A stretch of DNA of 33,651 nucleotides. Origin: Ruminiclostridium sp. Its GTDB lineage: Bacteria > Bacillota > Clostridia > Oscillospirales > Ruminococcaceae. The stretch covers positions 1 to 33,651 of the forward strand of contig JAZUOE010000088.1 in assembly GCA_045604505.1 (NCBI GenBank). The letters are read 5' to 3'. The notes below the pieces were generated by a model. That model had not been told where the DNA came from and searched no databases. It saw nothing but the letters and a program-made list of their open reading frames with translations. Every line of letters begins with the position of its first letter. Positions within the stretch are counted from its first letter, which is position 1. Shown here piece after piece: positions 1 to 9,233 of this stretch. A program made the translations under genes and the position numbers.

Positions 1-2
1 GT

Positions 3-764
3 TATAACAATGTGGACATAAAATACGCTTATAAAAAAATAAATATTGTTCGTGTCCCTGCCTACTCTCCTTATGCGGTTGCAGAACACGCTATGGCAAT
101 GCTCCTTACCTCTGTTCGCCGTATTCACAAGGCATATATCAGAACTAAGGATTTCAACTTCAGCCTCAACGGACTTACCGGCTTTGACTTACACGGAAAA
201 ACTGTAGGTGTTATAGGCACAGGTAAAATCGGACGTGTGTTTGTAGATATTTGCAAGGGATTTGGAATGAACGTATTAGCTTATGACAAATTCCCTGCTA
301 AAAACAGCGGATTAAATTACGTCAGCCTTGATGAGCTTTTTGAAAAAAGTGATATTATTTCTTTCCACTGCCCTCTCACTGATGAAACAGAGAGAATGGT
401 GAACAAGAAAACTATAAAGAAAATGAAAACAGGCGTTATTCTTATCAATACCTCACGAGGCGCTTTAATAAACGCAGAAGACTTGCTTGAGGGAATAAAG
501 GAAAGAAAAATCGGCGGCGCTTGTCTTGACGTATACGAAGAAGAATCCGACTTTTTCTTCAACGATTTCTCAAATCATATTATGAGCGACGATACCCTTG
601 CCCGACTTATTTCAATGCCTAACGTAATCGTAACCTCACATCAGGCATTCCTGACACAAGAGGCACTTAACAACATTGCGGAAACAACTATCAGTAACAT
701 TGTTGAATTTTTTGAAACAGGCGAATGCGAAAACGAAGTTTGCGCAAAATGTAAGAACGTATAA
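3..764 (+). CDS. ldhA: D-lactate / D-2-hydroxyacid dehydrogenase, 5'-truncated by the window edge
   Basis: The frame is open from the window edge (YNNVD). Motifs: VPAYSPYAVAEH, Rossmann GTGKIG, INTSRG, DVYEEE, catalytic SHQAF. Confidence 0.9.
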   Translation, partial: YNNVDIKYAYKKINIVRVPAYSPYAVAEHAMAMLLTSVRRIHKAYIRTKDFNFSLNGLTGFDLHGKTVGVIGTGKIGRVFVDICKGFGMNVLAYDKFPAKNSGLNYVSLDELFEKSDIISFHCPLTDETERMVNKKTIKKMKTGVILINTSRGALINAEDLLEGIKERKIGGACLDVYEEESDFFFNDFSNHIMSDDTLARLISMPNVIVTSHQAFLTQEALNNIAETTISNIVEFFETGECENEVCAKCKNV

Positions 765-771
765 ATTAACC

Positions 772-807
772 ATAAAAGGCTGTGTTGAATGTCACACAGC
801 CTTTTAT
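772..807 (+). terminator. Intrinsic terminator after the dehydrogenase
   Basis: 14-bp inverted repeat ATAAAAGGCTGTGT / ACACAGCCTTTTAT. Confidence 0.8.
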
Positions 808-827
808 AACAATCTACGAGGTGGATA

Positions 828-1541
828 ATGTACAGTATAAATGTTGATGATAAGCAATTTGAATTTATACATAGCAGAGGTGTATCAATCATACCGTTTT
901 CAAAGGATTGTAAGACCTTAGAACCCGGTGAATTTATTCAGATTGTATGTGGAAAACGCACCCTGATTGCCGAATTTTATAAAGATTATAAAAGTTTTGA
1001 AGAAATTCCGGAACAGAAAAAGGAGTGCTGCTTTTCGCCAAAAACAGCACAATCAAATGAAAATATATGGCTAAATATTTTTGCTTATAACACTGAAAAC
1101 AGCGAAAGCACAGCTATTGTACCTGCTACCCTGTTGCTGTATCGCAACATTCAGTGGCTGCGCCATTTAGAACTTAAAAAATATCTGTTCATATATACCC
1201 CAACCGCTGATACAAAAAGCAAGTTCAATATGAAAATTGAGGTAATAGAACAGACTATATCCTTTTTAAACGGCAGTATTACTGTCGATACCCTGTGTGA
1301 AAAGCTCTCAGAAGACACAGACGACAGCTATAATTTCAAGGAAATAATTGAACTTCTGCATGTCTATCCCACCCCACCAAAGCTTAATGACTTTAGAAAA
1401 GAACGACTTGCAGAAATAAGCGACACTTTAAATAAAATAAAGCAGCTTTATAGCAAAAGAAAATATCAAGAAATCAGACAAGCTGCCTACGATATACATA
1501 ATGTGCCTGAAATAATAAGAACTATGAATGATTATAGATAA
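828..1541 (+). CDS. Hypothetical protein; N-terminus weakly ASCH/PUA-like
   Basis: 237-aa ORF with GAGGTGG RBS, bounded by terminators. LEPGEFI...YKSFEEI resembles the ASCH pattern. Confidence 0.65.
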   Translation: MYSINVDDKQFEFIHSRGVSIIPFSKDCKTLEPGEFIQIVCGKRTLIAEFYKDYKSFEEIPEQKKECCFSPKTAQSNENIWLNIFAYNTENSESTAIVPATLLLYRNIQWLRHLELKKYLFIYTPTADTKSKFNMKIEVIEQTISFLNGSITVDTLCEKLSEDTDDSYNFKEIIELLHVYPTPPKLNDFRKERLAEISDTLNKIKQLYSKRKYQEIRQAAYDIHNVPEIIRTMNDYR

Positions 1542-1545
1542 ATAA

Positions 1546-1577
1546 AAAGCTGTAGATTCAACCGAACCTACAGCTTT
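1546..1577. terminator. Bidirectional terminator between convergent genes
   Basis: AAAGCTGTAG...CTACAGCTTT hairpin with A/T tails. Confidence 0.75.
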
Positions 1578-1582
1578 GATTT

Positions 1583-1957
1583 TTACTTAGCGGATTTTTT
1601 TGCAGCCTTCTTAGCAGCCTTTTCCTGTTTCTTAACTGAATCAACAATGTTCTTAAATTCAAGTGCCTTTTCAACACTGCCGTCAATCTTAAGTCTGCCG
1701 TCAAAGAATGCAGCAACAGGGTCAAGCTTACCTTCAGCTAACTTTAAAAAGTTTTCTCCGCTGATGATAAATTTGCAGTCATTATCATAATACTCATAGG
1801 GTTCAACGAAAAGCTGCTTATCCTTAAGCTCAATGTAGAATGCGCCTTCGCCCTCACCCTCAATATCAATCTGAACTGCAAGATGTCCGTCAATGTTGCT
1901 GACATCGCTTTTCATAATAAGATTTTTTGAAGTCTGAAAAATTTCTTCATAAGTCAT
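1583..1957 (-). CDS. SCP2 sterol/lipid-carrier domain protein
   Basis: GEGEGAFYIE and GKLDPVAAFFDGRLKIDG SCP2 signature; Lys/Ala-rich tail. Confidence 0.85.
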   Translation of the reverse strand: MTYEEIFQTSKNLIMKSDVSNIDGHLAVQIDIEGEGEGAFYIELKDKQLFVEPYEYYDNDCKFIISGENFLKLAEGKLDPVAAFFDGRLKIDGSVEKALEFKNIVDSVKKQEKAAKKAAKKSAK

Positions 1958-2004
1958 GTTTTTTGTTTCCTTTCAATCTTTCTCACATTATTTATTTTCA
2001 ATCG

Positions 2005-3546
2005 TCAGATAATTTCGCCCTGCTCAGACTGCTGACGTTTGATTTTCTTTGATGTTGTCTTATCAAATTCTTTATCTCTTAAGCGGATTCTGCGGATTGT
2101 TTTAGAAGATGTAACAGTGGTATTAATCTTCTTGATAAGTTCATTCATTGCCTCAACAATTGCCGCCTTGTCGCTGTTTTTAAAATATTCAGGGTGAGGA
2201 AGAATTTCTGCGGTAATATAACCTTCCTCTGCGTATACAAGAACCTCTGCAACCATATCATTTCCTGCAAACTTATTTTCAAGCTCTTCAGGAGAAACAT
2301 TCTCACCGTTGCTTAAAATAATAAGGTTCTTCTTACGTCCTGTAATAAACACACGGTTCTTATCAACGTAACCTAAGTCACCTGTATGTAACCAACCGTC
2401 AATAATTGTCTTTGCGGTTTCTTCAGGGTCCTTATAATATCCCTGCATAACAGAGGGGCTCTGTACACAGATTTCGCCGTCTTCGATTTTTACTTCGCAG
2501 CGGTTTACGATAACACCAACGTCGCCATAGTTTTCTTCACCGAGAATGGAGTTAGAAATACGGGGTGAGCATTCTGTCATACCGTAACCCTGTGCCATAG
2601 GAATACCAAGCTTTGCGTATTCTTCCATAATTTCAGGAGCAAGATATGCGCCGCCGCTGTAAATGCCCTTAAGTCTGCCGCCGAAAACTGCCTGTGCAAT
2701 CATAGGAGCGGGGATTTCAGGCTTAGCTGCCGCTGCAGCCTTTATCTGCTTTAAAATTGTTTCAGCAATCATAGGTACAAGAAGAATTACTGTGGGCTGA
2801 AACAGTTTTAAATTCATTGCAATTCTCATCATGGAGTCATTAATACAAACTGTTGCACCATAACGAAGTCCTAATAAAATATCACAAGTAAAGCAGTAAA
2901 TGTGGTGAATAGGAAGAACTGTTAATGTAACATCTTCTGTAGAGCTTTCGCCATCACGAGCAAATATGTTATCTGCAAAGTTGCCGTGTGAAAGCATTAC
3001 GCCCTTGCTCTTTCCTGTTGTGCCTGATGTATATACAATTGATGCAAGTGTTTCAGTTGTAATTTCAGGAAGATTTTCAGCAGGAACAAACTTACCGAGA
3101 ATCTGAGGAACACATTCACCCTCTTCACTTTCCTGTAAACAAACATAGGTTGTAACACCGGGACATGCAGCCTTGATTGCAGGGAGCATAGGAGTATATT
3201 TTGCATCATAGAAAAACACGCTGACGTCTGCTCTCTGTAAAAGCTCACAAAGGTCAGGACAAGGGAGCTGTGCATCAAGAGGAACAATTACATTTGCGCT
3301 TGAAACAGTACCAAAATAGCTGATAAGATAAGCATAGCTTGTAGGACCGATTACTGCAGCGTGAATTTTTTCGTCACTCAAGGACTTAAGAAAGCTGCTA
3401 ATACGCTTACTGTCGTTGCACATATCATTAAAGGATTTTTCAACAATATCTTTTCCTGCCTTTTCCTTTATGTATGTCTTATCACCATAAAGAGCTGATG
3501 CTCTTTCAATTAAATCACGAAGATTTTTTACCGTATCTCTGTTCAT
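2005..3546 (-). CDS. Long-chain fatty-acyl adenylating enzyme (AMP-binding, acyl-CoA/acyl-ACP ligase)
   Basis: YTSGTTGKSKG, GYGMTE, GWLHTGDLG, GRKKNLII and C-terminal KKIKR motifs. Confidence 0.92.
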   Translation of the reverse strand: MNRDTVKNLRDLIERASALYGDKTYIKEKAGKDIVEKSFNDMCNDSKRISSFLKSLSDEKIHAAVIGPTSYAYLISYFGTVSSANVIVPLDAQLPCPDLCELLQRADVSVFFYDAKYTPMLPAIKAACPGVTTYVCLQESEEGECVPQILGKFVPAENLPEITTETLASIVYTSGTTGKSKGVMLSHGNFADNIFARDGESSTEDVTLTVLPIHHIYCFTCDILLGLRYGATVCINDSMMRIAMNLKLFQPTVILLVPMIAETILKQIKAAAAAKPEIPAPMIAQAVFGGRLKGIYSGGAYLAPEIMEEYAKLGIPMAQGYGMTECSPRISNSILGEENYGDVGVIVNRCEVKIEDGEICVQSPSVMQGYYKDPEETAKTIIDGWLHTGDLGYVDKNRVFITGRKKNLIILSNGENVSPEELENKFAGNDMVAEVLVYAEEGYITAEILPHPEYFKNSDKAAIVEAMNELIKKINTTVTSSKTIRRIRLRDKEFDKTTSKKIKRQQSEQGEII

Positions 3547-3556
3547 TTATTTCTCC

Positions 3557-3784
3557 TTACTTTGACAGCTTTTCCATATATGCAATTGCATCACCAACTG
3601 TATGAAGTCCGATTACTTCCTGCTCATCAACAGTGATGTCAAATTCCTGTTCAAGTTCACCGAGAAGGCTCATAAAATCATAGGAATTAAAACCTAAATC
3701 CTCAATAAAACGTGACTCAGGTGTAATCTTTTCGGGTTCAACATCAACATAGTTACAGATAAGTTCCTTGAATTTTTCAAACAT
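3557..3784 (-). CDS. Acyl carrier / thiolation protein
   Basis: 75 aa, acidic; DLGFNSYD phosphopantetheine-site variant; TVGDA in helix 4. Confidence 0.9.
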   Translation of the reverse strand: MFEKFKELICNYVDVEPEKITPESRFIEDLGFNSYDFMSLLGELEQEFDITVDEQEVIGLHTVGDAIAYMEKLSK

Positions 3785-3816
3785 AAATTTATACCTTTCC
3801 TTCCAAAATAATTAAC

Positions 3817-5223
3817 TTAAATCATTGCGAGAATTTCTCCTACTGTTCTGTCCTTATCCTCAATTCCTCTGAAAAGAACACGGCAAAGATAGTAGTAGAG
3901 ATATTCCATTTCGTATTCGGTAACAGCGTCCTTTCTGTATTCAAAGCAGAAATTAAGGCCGTTATCTTCTGCACGGTGCATTACCGTCAGGTACAAGGGC
4001 TGACCTGCAACACCGTTTGTATACCATTTTGTTTTGTAGTTGATGTCAGGAACATCATGCTGACCACGCATAAGTGTCATAGGTTGATATGTAAGACTTA
4101 AGCTCTCATAGCTGGAACCGGGAGCAAGTTTACGATATTTTGCACGACGGATTGTATAATCGATAGGGTCAAAGTTTGCGTGACGGAACAGCTTGTTCTG
4201 TTCACCCTGAATGATATGAAGTGCCTCAAGGAAGGTTGCCTCAGGCTCAATTATTGTTCTTACAGGGAAGAAGTGGATACGTGTACCGCCTGAACGCTTT
4301 TCAAGAAGAGTACCGCGTCTTGCAACACAACTCTTTATTGAAACGTCCTTTTCTTCGTTGTTAAACTTGGAAAGAACAGTACGTAAGCCCATAAGCAGTA
4401 ATGTTGCCATAGGAACCTGATTGTCAAGGCAGAACTGTAAAAGTCTGTCAGATGGGTCTTTTTCAAGCTGGAATACAGAAATTGACGCCTCAGGATTCTT
4501 TGAAACAACAAGCGCACTTCTCTGCTCAGGATTATTGTTTTCACGGCGCTGAGTGATGAGTCTGCCCATACCGTTGAAGTCGGTATACATAGGTTCGTCA
4601 GCCTCAATCTGCTCCATCCAGAATGCCTCATCTTTCTTATACGCTGCTGAACCTGCCTCATATTCAAGGTCCTTTTCAAGTGCCTTGATATATGACATGG
4701 TAGGCTTAGGCATTTCAAAATCATAAGCTAAGTGGCAGTAAATCTGAAGTACATCTGTGTCAAATGCAATAAGTGAGCTAGAGTCCATTGTCATGTGGTC
4801 AACCTTAAGGTATGTACCGTTATAACCGCCGGGCAGCTTTATCATTGCAATATAATTCATAGGAGAGTTATAGCGTTCAAAAGGAATTGCTGTCCACTTT
4901 TCCATTTCCTTGTGAGCGTCCTCTTCGTTCCAGTTTGAGAAATCAAAAAGAGGAATATCTCTGTCATCGTTGGGAACAATGTACTGATAAACAGTATCGT
5001 CATCGTCTTTCAAAAATCTCAATCGCATTGAATCGTAACGCTGATAAGCCATTTTAATTGCCTTTTTCAGAATTTCAAAATCAATGTCGTGCTGAATGTA
5101 AAAACCTGTGCCGATATTAAGGACCTGATGTGCTGAGAATTTGATTGTGTAGTTGTGGATTCTCTGTGCTGCCGTAAGAGGGTAACACTGCACAACTGCA
5201 CCGTTTACATTAAATTCCTTCAT
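3817..5223 (-). CDS. Stand-alone NRPS condensation-domain protein
   Basis: YPLTAAQ (C1), RYDSMRLRF (C2), active-site variant KVDHMTMDSSS of HHxxxDG. Confidence 0.88.
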   Translation of the reverse strand: MKEFNVNGAVVQCYPLTAAQRIHNYTIKFSAHQVLNIGTGFYIQHDIDFEILKKAIKMAYQRYDSMRLRFLKDDDDTVYQYIVPNDDRDIPLFDFSNWNEEDAHKEMEKWTAIPFERYNSPMNYIAMIKLPGGYNGTYLKVDHMTMDSSSLIAFDTDVLQIYCHLAYDFEMPKPTMSYIKALEKDLEYEAGSAAYKKDEAFWMEQIEADEPMYTDFNGMGRLITQRRENNNPEQRSALVVSKNPEASISVFQLEKDPSDRLLQFCLDNQVPMATLLLMGLRTVLSKFNNEEKDVSIKSCVARRGTLLEKRSGGTRIHFFPVRTIIEPEATFLEALHIIQGEQNKLFRHANFDPIDYTIRRAKYRKLAPGSSYESLSLTYQPMTLMRGQHDVPDINYKTKWYTNGVAGQPLYLTVMHRAEDNGLNFCFEYRKDAVTEYEMEYLYYYLCRVLFRGIEDKDRTVGEILAMI

Positions 5224-5241
5224 ATTATTCTTCCTTTATAT

Positions 5242-6207
5242 TTATTTAAAATATTTGCTTATAAATTCATCTGCTTTACTTTCATACAATTCAGGATTTT
5301 CGTAATAACTTGCACCATGACCTGCGTTTTCAACCATAAGCAGAGCTTTTTCAGTCTTACAGGTTTCGTAATTCTTCTGACTCATCCAGGTAGGAACGAA
5401 ATTATCCTCGCTGCCGTGAATGAAAAGAATAGGACATCTTGCTGTCTGTACTGCCTCAAGGGTTGAATAATCGCTGAAACCATATCCTGCCTTTTTGCGG
5501 CAAATCATATTGTTGATATTCATTACAGGGAATTTAGACATTTTATAATCACGCTTTAAAATATGTGAGAATACATCATAAGGAGAAGTGAAAGCGCAAT
5601 CTGCAATGACCAGCTTAACATTAGCAGGACAATCTTCCATACCTGCTGCCATAAGCACTGTAGAGCCACCCATTGAAACTCCGTAAAGAAGTATTTCTGT
5701 ATTTTCACCAAATCGTGCGTTTACATATTCTATCCATTCAAGACAATCATATCTGTCAAGTATACCAAAACCTATATACTGACCCTCACTCTGTCCATGC
5801 GCACGGTTGTCAACTAAAAGACAGCTTATACCCTGCTTATGAAGATAAGAGGCAAAACTTGCGCTGCTCATAGCTGAGCTTGTATAACCATGAAAGAGAA
5901 TGGCAATTCTACGGCTGTTTTCTGCAAAGAAGAAATCACCGTGAAGAGTAAGTCCGTCGTCTGTTTCAATAGTTACGTGTTCGGTTGGCTGTGAAAGCAG
6001 ATATTCCTTACGAGGAGCAATCCCTTTTTTGTACTCCTCCCACTTCTGCATATCAGCCATTTCGTCCATATTGACCTTTACTCCGTCCTGACGGGGAATA
6101 ACCTTTTTAAAGAGTGTATTTGCACCCACTGCTGAACCAACTGTACCAAGTGCAACAACACCTAAAGCAATTCCACCGATAAGAAGTGCTGTATTCATTT
6201 TAATCAT
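5242..6207 (-). CDS. Alpha/beta hydrolase with N-terminal membrane anchor
   Basis: FHGY oxyanion motif, GVSMGG nucleophile, HGSEDNFVP (Asp), AGHG (His); hydrophobic N-terminus. Confidence 0.9.
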   Translation of the reverse strand: MIKMNTALLIGGIALGVVALGTVGSAVGANTLFKKVIPRQDGVKVNMDEMADMQKWEEYKKGIAPRKEYLLSQPTEHVTIETDDGLTLHGDFFFAENSRRIAILFHGYTSSAMSSASFASYLHKQGISCLLVDNRAHGQSEGQYIGFGILDRYDCLEWIEYVNARFGENTEILLYGVSMGGSTVLMAAGMEDCPANVKLVIADCAFTSPYDVFSHILKRDYKMSKFPVMNINNMICRKKAGYGFSDYSTLEAVQTARCPILFIHGSEDNFVPTWMSQKNYETCKTEKALLMVENAGHGASYYENPELYESKADEFISKYFK

Positions 6208-6237
6208 ACCTTTCTTAAAAGCATTTAAACAAATATA

Positions 6238-6267
6238 ATTTTACCATATTTAGGCCACTAAGGTCAA
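6238..6267 (-). promoter_or_regulatory. SigA-type promoter of the hydrolase-C-ACP-ligase-SCP2 operon
   Basis: Minus strand TTGACC-N18-TAAAAT with extended TGn. Confidence 0.6.
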
Positions 6268-6361
6268 GGGTTTTATTATTTCTTTAGAAAAAATAAGTCA
6301 AATTTTGTTAAAATTTTGAATATCTATATTCAACATAGTATTTGAAATAACAAATTATACA

Positions 6362-6392
6362 AGAAAAGCCGCACATATCAGTGCGGCCTTCT
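6362..6392 (-). terminator. Terminator after rubrerythrin
   Basis: Minus strand GGCCGCAC-loop-GTGCGGCT followed by a U-rich tail. Confidence 0.75.
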
Positions 6393-6403
6393 GTAAAATC
6401 AGA

Positions 6404-6937
6404 TTAATAGTTTTCTTTTCTTACTTCAAAGAAACTCTGAGGATGTGCGCATACAGGACATACGCCGGGTGCCTTCTTACCCATTACAAGGTGACCGCAG
6501 TTGCGGCATTCCCACATTGTTTCTTCACTCTTTTCAAATACCTTCTGCATTTCAATGTTATTGAGAAGTGCGCGGTAACGTTCTTCATGAGCCTTTTCAA
6601 TTGCAGCAACAGCTCTGAACTTATATGCAAGAGCAGTAAAGCCCTCTTCTTCAGCCTCTTTTGCGAATGTATCATACATATCTGTCCATTCGTAATTTTC
6701 ACCTGCAGCTGCAGCAGCAAGGTTCTGTGCAGTTGTGCCGAGTTCACCTAACTCCTTGAACCACATCTTAGCGTGTTCCTTTTCGTTGTTAGCTGTTGCC
6801 TCAAAAATAGCGGCAATCTGCTCATAGCCCTCTTTTCTTGCTACAGACGCAAAGTATGTATACTTGTTTCTTGCCTGTGATTCACCTGCGAAAGCTGTCA
6901 TTAAGTTCTTTTCGGTTTTTGTTCCTTTGAGTTCCAT
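6404..6937 (-). CDS. rbr: Rubrerythrin
   Basis: [17 protein letters not shown] and EKAHEERY di-iron motifs; C-terminal CRNCG...CPVCAH rubredoxin-like site. Confidence 0.95.
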   Translation of the reverse strand: MELKGTKTEKNLMTAFAGESQARNKYTYFASVARKEGYEQIAAIFEATANNEKEHAKMWFKELGELGTTAQNLAAAAAGENYEWTDMYDTFAKEAEEEGFTALAYKFRAVAAIEKAHEERYRALLNNIEMQKVFEKSEETMWECRNCGHLVMGKKAPGVCPVCAHPQSFFEVRKENY

Positions 6938-6980
6938 AATAATTTTCTCCTTTTAAGTCAGAATTTTTTGCTTAATTGAT

Positions 6981-7355
6981 TTATTCAAGCCTTACGGCTT
7001 TTTTACAGTCAGGACAGACATAATGCACATTAAGTTCATAGCCTGTTATTTTACCGCCGATTGCACGTTCTAGTGCGTCCTTCATTCCCCCGTGATTTAT
7101 GTCGGAAATTTTACCGCAGCTATCACATATTATATGGTCGTGAGGCTTTAAAGATTTGTCATAGAAATCTGCGCTGTCGGCAACTCCGATTTTTCGGATA
7201 TAAGAATGTTCAGAAAGATATTTAAGGTTATTATACACGGTAGCAAGTGCAATTCCCGGCATACGCTCTTTTGCCTCGCTATATACCTGCTCGGCATTAA
7301 GGTGATACTCTGATTCGTTTATAATATTCAGAATCAATTGGCGCTGTACCGTCAT
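6981..7355 (-). CDS. perR: Fur-family repressor, probably PerR
   Basis: ATVYNNL, HDHIICDSCG, CPDC; co-transcribed with rubrerythrin; Per box upstream. Confidence 0.85.
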   Translation of the reverse strand: MTVQRQLILNIINESEYHLNAEQVYSEAKERMPGIALATVYNNLKYLSEHSYIRKIGVADSADFYDKSLKPHDHIICDSCGKISDINHGGMKDALERAIGGKITGYELNVHYVCPDCKKAVRLE

Positions 7356-7374
7356 ATATACCTCCTTTTTAGAA

Positions 7375-7389
7375 TTAGAATTATTCTAA
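7375..7389. promoter_or_regulatory. Per box (PerR operator)
   Basis: Perfect 7-1-7 palindrome TTAGAAT-T-ATTCTAA between promoter and RBS; matches TTAnAATnATTnTAA. Confidence 0.85.
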
Positions 7390-7402
7390 TTTCTTTATTA
7401 CA

Positions 7403-7431
7403 ATAATAACATATAATTTCTCCTTTGTCAA
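7403..7431 (-). promoter_or_regulatory. SigA promoter of perR-rbr
   Basis: Minus strand TTGACA-N17-TATTAT with extended TG. Confidence 0.75.
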
Positions 7432-7495
7432 TAGTTTTTTAGAAATTTTCCAACAAAAAATAAAATTTAAAACTCATATATTTTATCAAGGCTTA

Positions 7496-7524
7496 TTTAC
7501 AATAATAGTAAAATATGATATAAT
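7496..7524 (+). promoter_or_regulatory. SigA promoter of the response regulator
   Basis: TTTACA-N17-TATAAT with extended TG. Confidence 0.7.
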
Positions 7525-7546
7525 TCCCAAAAAGGAGGGACGAAAT

Positions 7547-8227
7547 ATGAACAATAAAAAAATACTTATTATAGAAGACGATACTGATATAAATAACCTT
7601 GTCTGCGAAACGCTGAACAAAGCCGGATATAACTGCACACAGGCTTTTTCGGGAACAGAAGGTCTGCTCCATATAAAAAACAAAGACTTTTCTCTCATTT
7701 TTCTTGACCTTATGCTGCCGGGAATGAAAGGTGAAAATGTTCTTAGTGAAATAAAAAAGGAAATGGATATACCGGTTATTATAATGTCAGCTAAGGACGG
7801 AATTGATACGAAAATTGAACTGTTAAACTCCGGTGCTGACGACTATATCACTAAACCTTTTGATATAAATGAACTTGTTGCAAGAGCCGGTGCCCTGCTC
7901 CGTCGTTATTCAGGCGCAGCTGCAAAAAGCGGCGTTATCAAGCACAAAGAGGCCGAACTCAACCGCAGCAGCCTTACTGTTACCGTCAGCGGCAATGAGC
8001 TTGACCTCACAAAACATGAATATAAAATACTTGAACTGCTTATGTCAAACCCCGATAAGGTTTTTTCAAAACAGGAAATATACGACTATGCGTGGGAAGA
8101 TTTTTATATAGGCGAAGACAAGACAATAAATGTCCATATCAGTAATCTCCGCAAAAAGCTGAAATCTTTTTCAGACACTGAATATATTGAAACGGTGTGG
8201 GGTGTGGGATTCAGGTTAAAAAAGTAA
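7547..8227 (+). CDS. OmpR/PhoB-family response regulator
   Basis: IEDD, LDLMLPG, GADDYITKPF, winged-helix IETVWGVGF. Confidence 0.95.
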   Translation: MNNKKILIIEDDTDINNLVCETLNKAGYNCTQAFSGTEGLLHIKNKDFSLIFLDLMLPGMKGENVLSEIKKEMDIPVIIMSAKDGIDTKIELLNSGADDYITKPFDINELVARAGALLRRYSGAAAKSGVIKHKEAELNRSSLTVTVSGNELDLTKHEYKILELLMSNPDKVFSKQEIYDYAWEDFYIGEDKTINVHISNLRKKLKSFSDTEYIETVWGVGFRLKK

Positions 8228-8230
8228 ATT

Positions 8231-8286
8231 TCTTTACACTTTCTTAAACTTTTCTTTGCGAATTATTAAAACTCAGGTTGTATAAT
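8231..8286 (+). promoter_or_regulatory. Putative response-regulator direct repeats and -10 of the ABC operon
   Basis: TCTTTA (8231), TCTTAA (8242), TCTTTG (8253) at 11-bp period; TATAAT at 8281 with no good -35. Confidence 0.6.
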
Positions 8287-8315
8287 AAAGTCAACGAAAA
8301 GGAAAGGACGGCTTT

Positions 8316-9221
8316 ATGATGGACTACATACTTGAAACAAAAGCACTCACAAAAGTATACGGTAAAAAAAGCGCTGTTAATAACCTGAATCTTAATATCA
8401 AACAAGGTGAAATCTACGGCTTTATCGGAAAAAACGGTGCAGGTAAAACTACAGCAATGAAAATGATATGCACACTTGCAAAGCCAACAAGCGGAAAAGT
8501 GCTTTTTAAAGGCATGGACGCAGCTAAAGCGTCGGAAATGAGAGGACGTATAGGCTGCCTTATTGAAACACCCGGTTTTTTCCCGAATATGACTGCTTAT
8601 GAAAATATGAAAGCAAAGTGCCTGTTCATGGGCGTAAGAGAAAAAGATACTATTGAAAGACTTCTTGATATTGTAAATCTCAAAGATACAGGTAAAAAGT
8701 TGGCAGGAAAATTCTCTTTGGGTATGAAACAACGACTCGGTATCGCTCTTGCTCTTGTCGGCAACCCTGATTTACTTCTCCTTGATGAGCCTATCAATGG
8801 ACTTGACCCGGAAGGAATTGTGGAAATGCGTGAGCTTATTCTCAAGCTTAACCATGAACACAACATAACTGTTTTTATCTCCAGCCATATTCTTGAGGAA
8901 CTTTCAAAAATTGCAACTACCTACGGAATTATCCATAAGGGTGAACTTATAAGGGAACTGACACATGACGAACTTATGGCACAGTGCAACGAAAGTATCG
9001 TTATAAAAACATCAGATGTTCAATCAGCAATACCTGTACTTGATAAAACAGGATATACAAATTACTCAGCAATTGACTCTGAAACAATTGAAGTATACGA
9101 ACGCCTTGATTCAATCCCTGAGCTGACAGCATCACTTGTGCAAAACGGTGTATTACTATCAGGAATTACAAGAAAAAATGAATCAGTGGAAGACTTCTTC
9201 CTCAATCTTACAAATTATTAA
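8316..9221 (+). CDS. ABC transporter ATP-binding protein (BcrA/lantibiotic-immunity-like)
   Basis: Walker A GKNGAGKT, FSLGMKQRL, LLDEPINGLDP, SSH switch. Confidence 0.93.
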   Translation: MMDYILETKALTKVYGKKSAVNNLNLNIKQGEIYGFIGKNGAGKTTAMKMICTLAKPTSGKVLFKGMDAAKASEMRGRIGCLIETPGFFPNMTAYENMKAKCLFMGVREKDTIERLLDIVNLKDTGKKLAGKFSLGMKQRLGIALALVGNPDLLLLDEPINGLDPEGIVEMRELILKLNHEHNITVFISSHILEELSKIATTYGIIHKGELIRELTHDELMAQCNESIVIKTSDVQSAIPVLDKTGYTNYSAIDSETIEVYERLDSIPELTASLVQNGVLLSGITRKNESVEDFFLNLTNY

Positions 9222-9233
9222 GGGGGCTTTGTT

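Noticed and set aside
1586-1635. KAAKKAAKKSAK tail on SCP2 as a histone-like DNA-binding motif
   Set aside because: Too short and low-complexity to support a function.
8244-8866. Minus-strand ORFs of 162 and 89 aa
   Set aside because: Antisense to the ABC ATPase; no independent coding signal.
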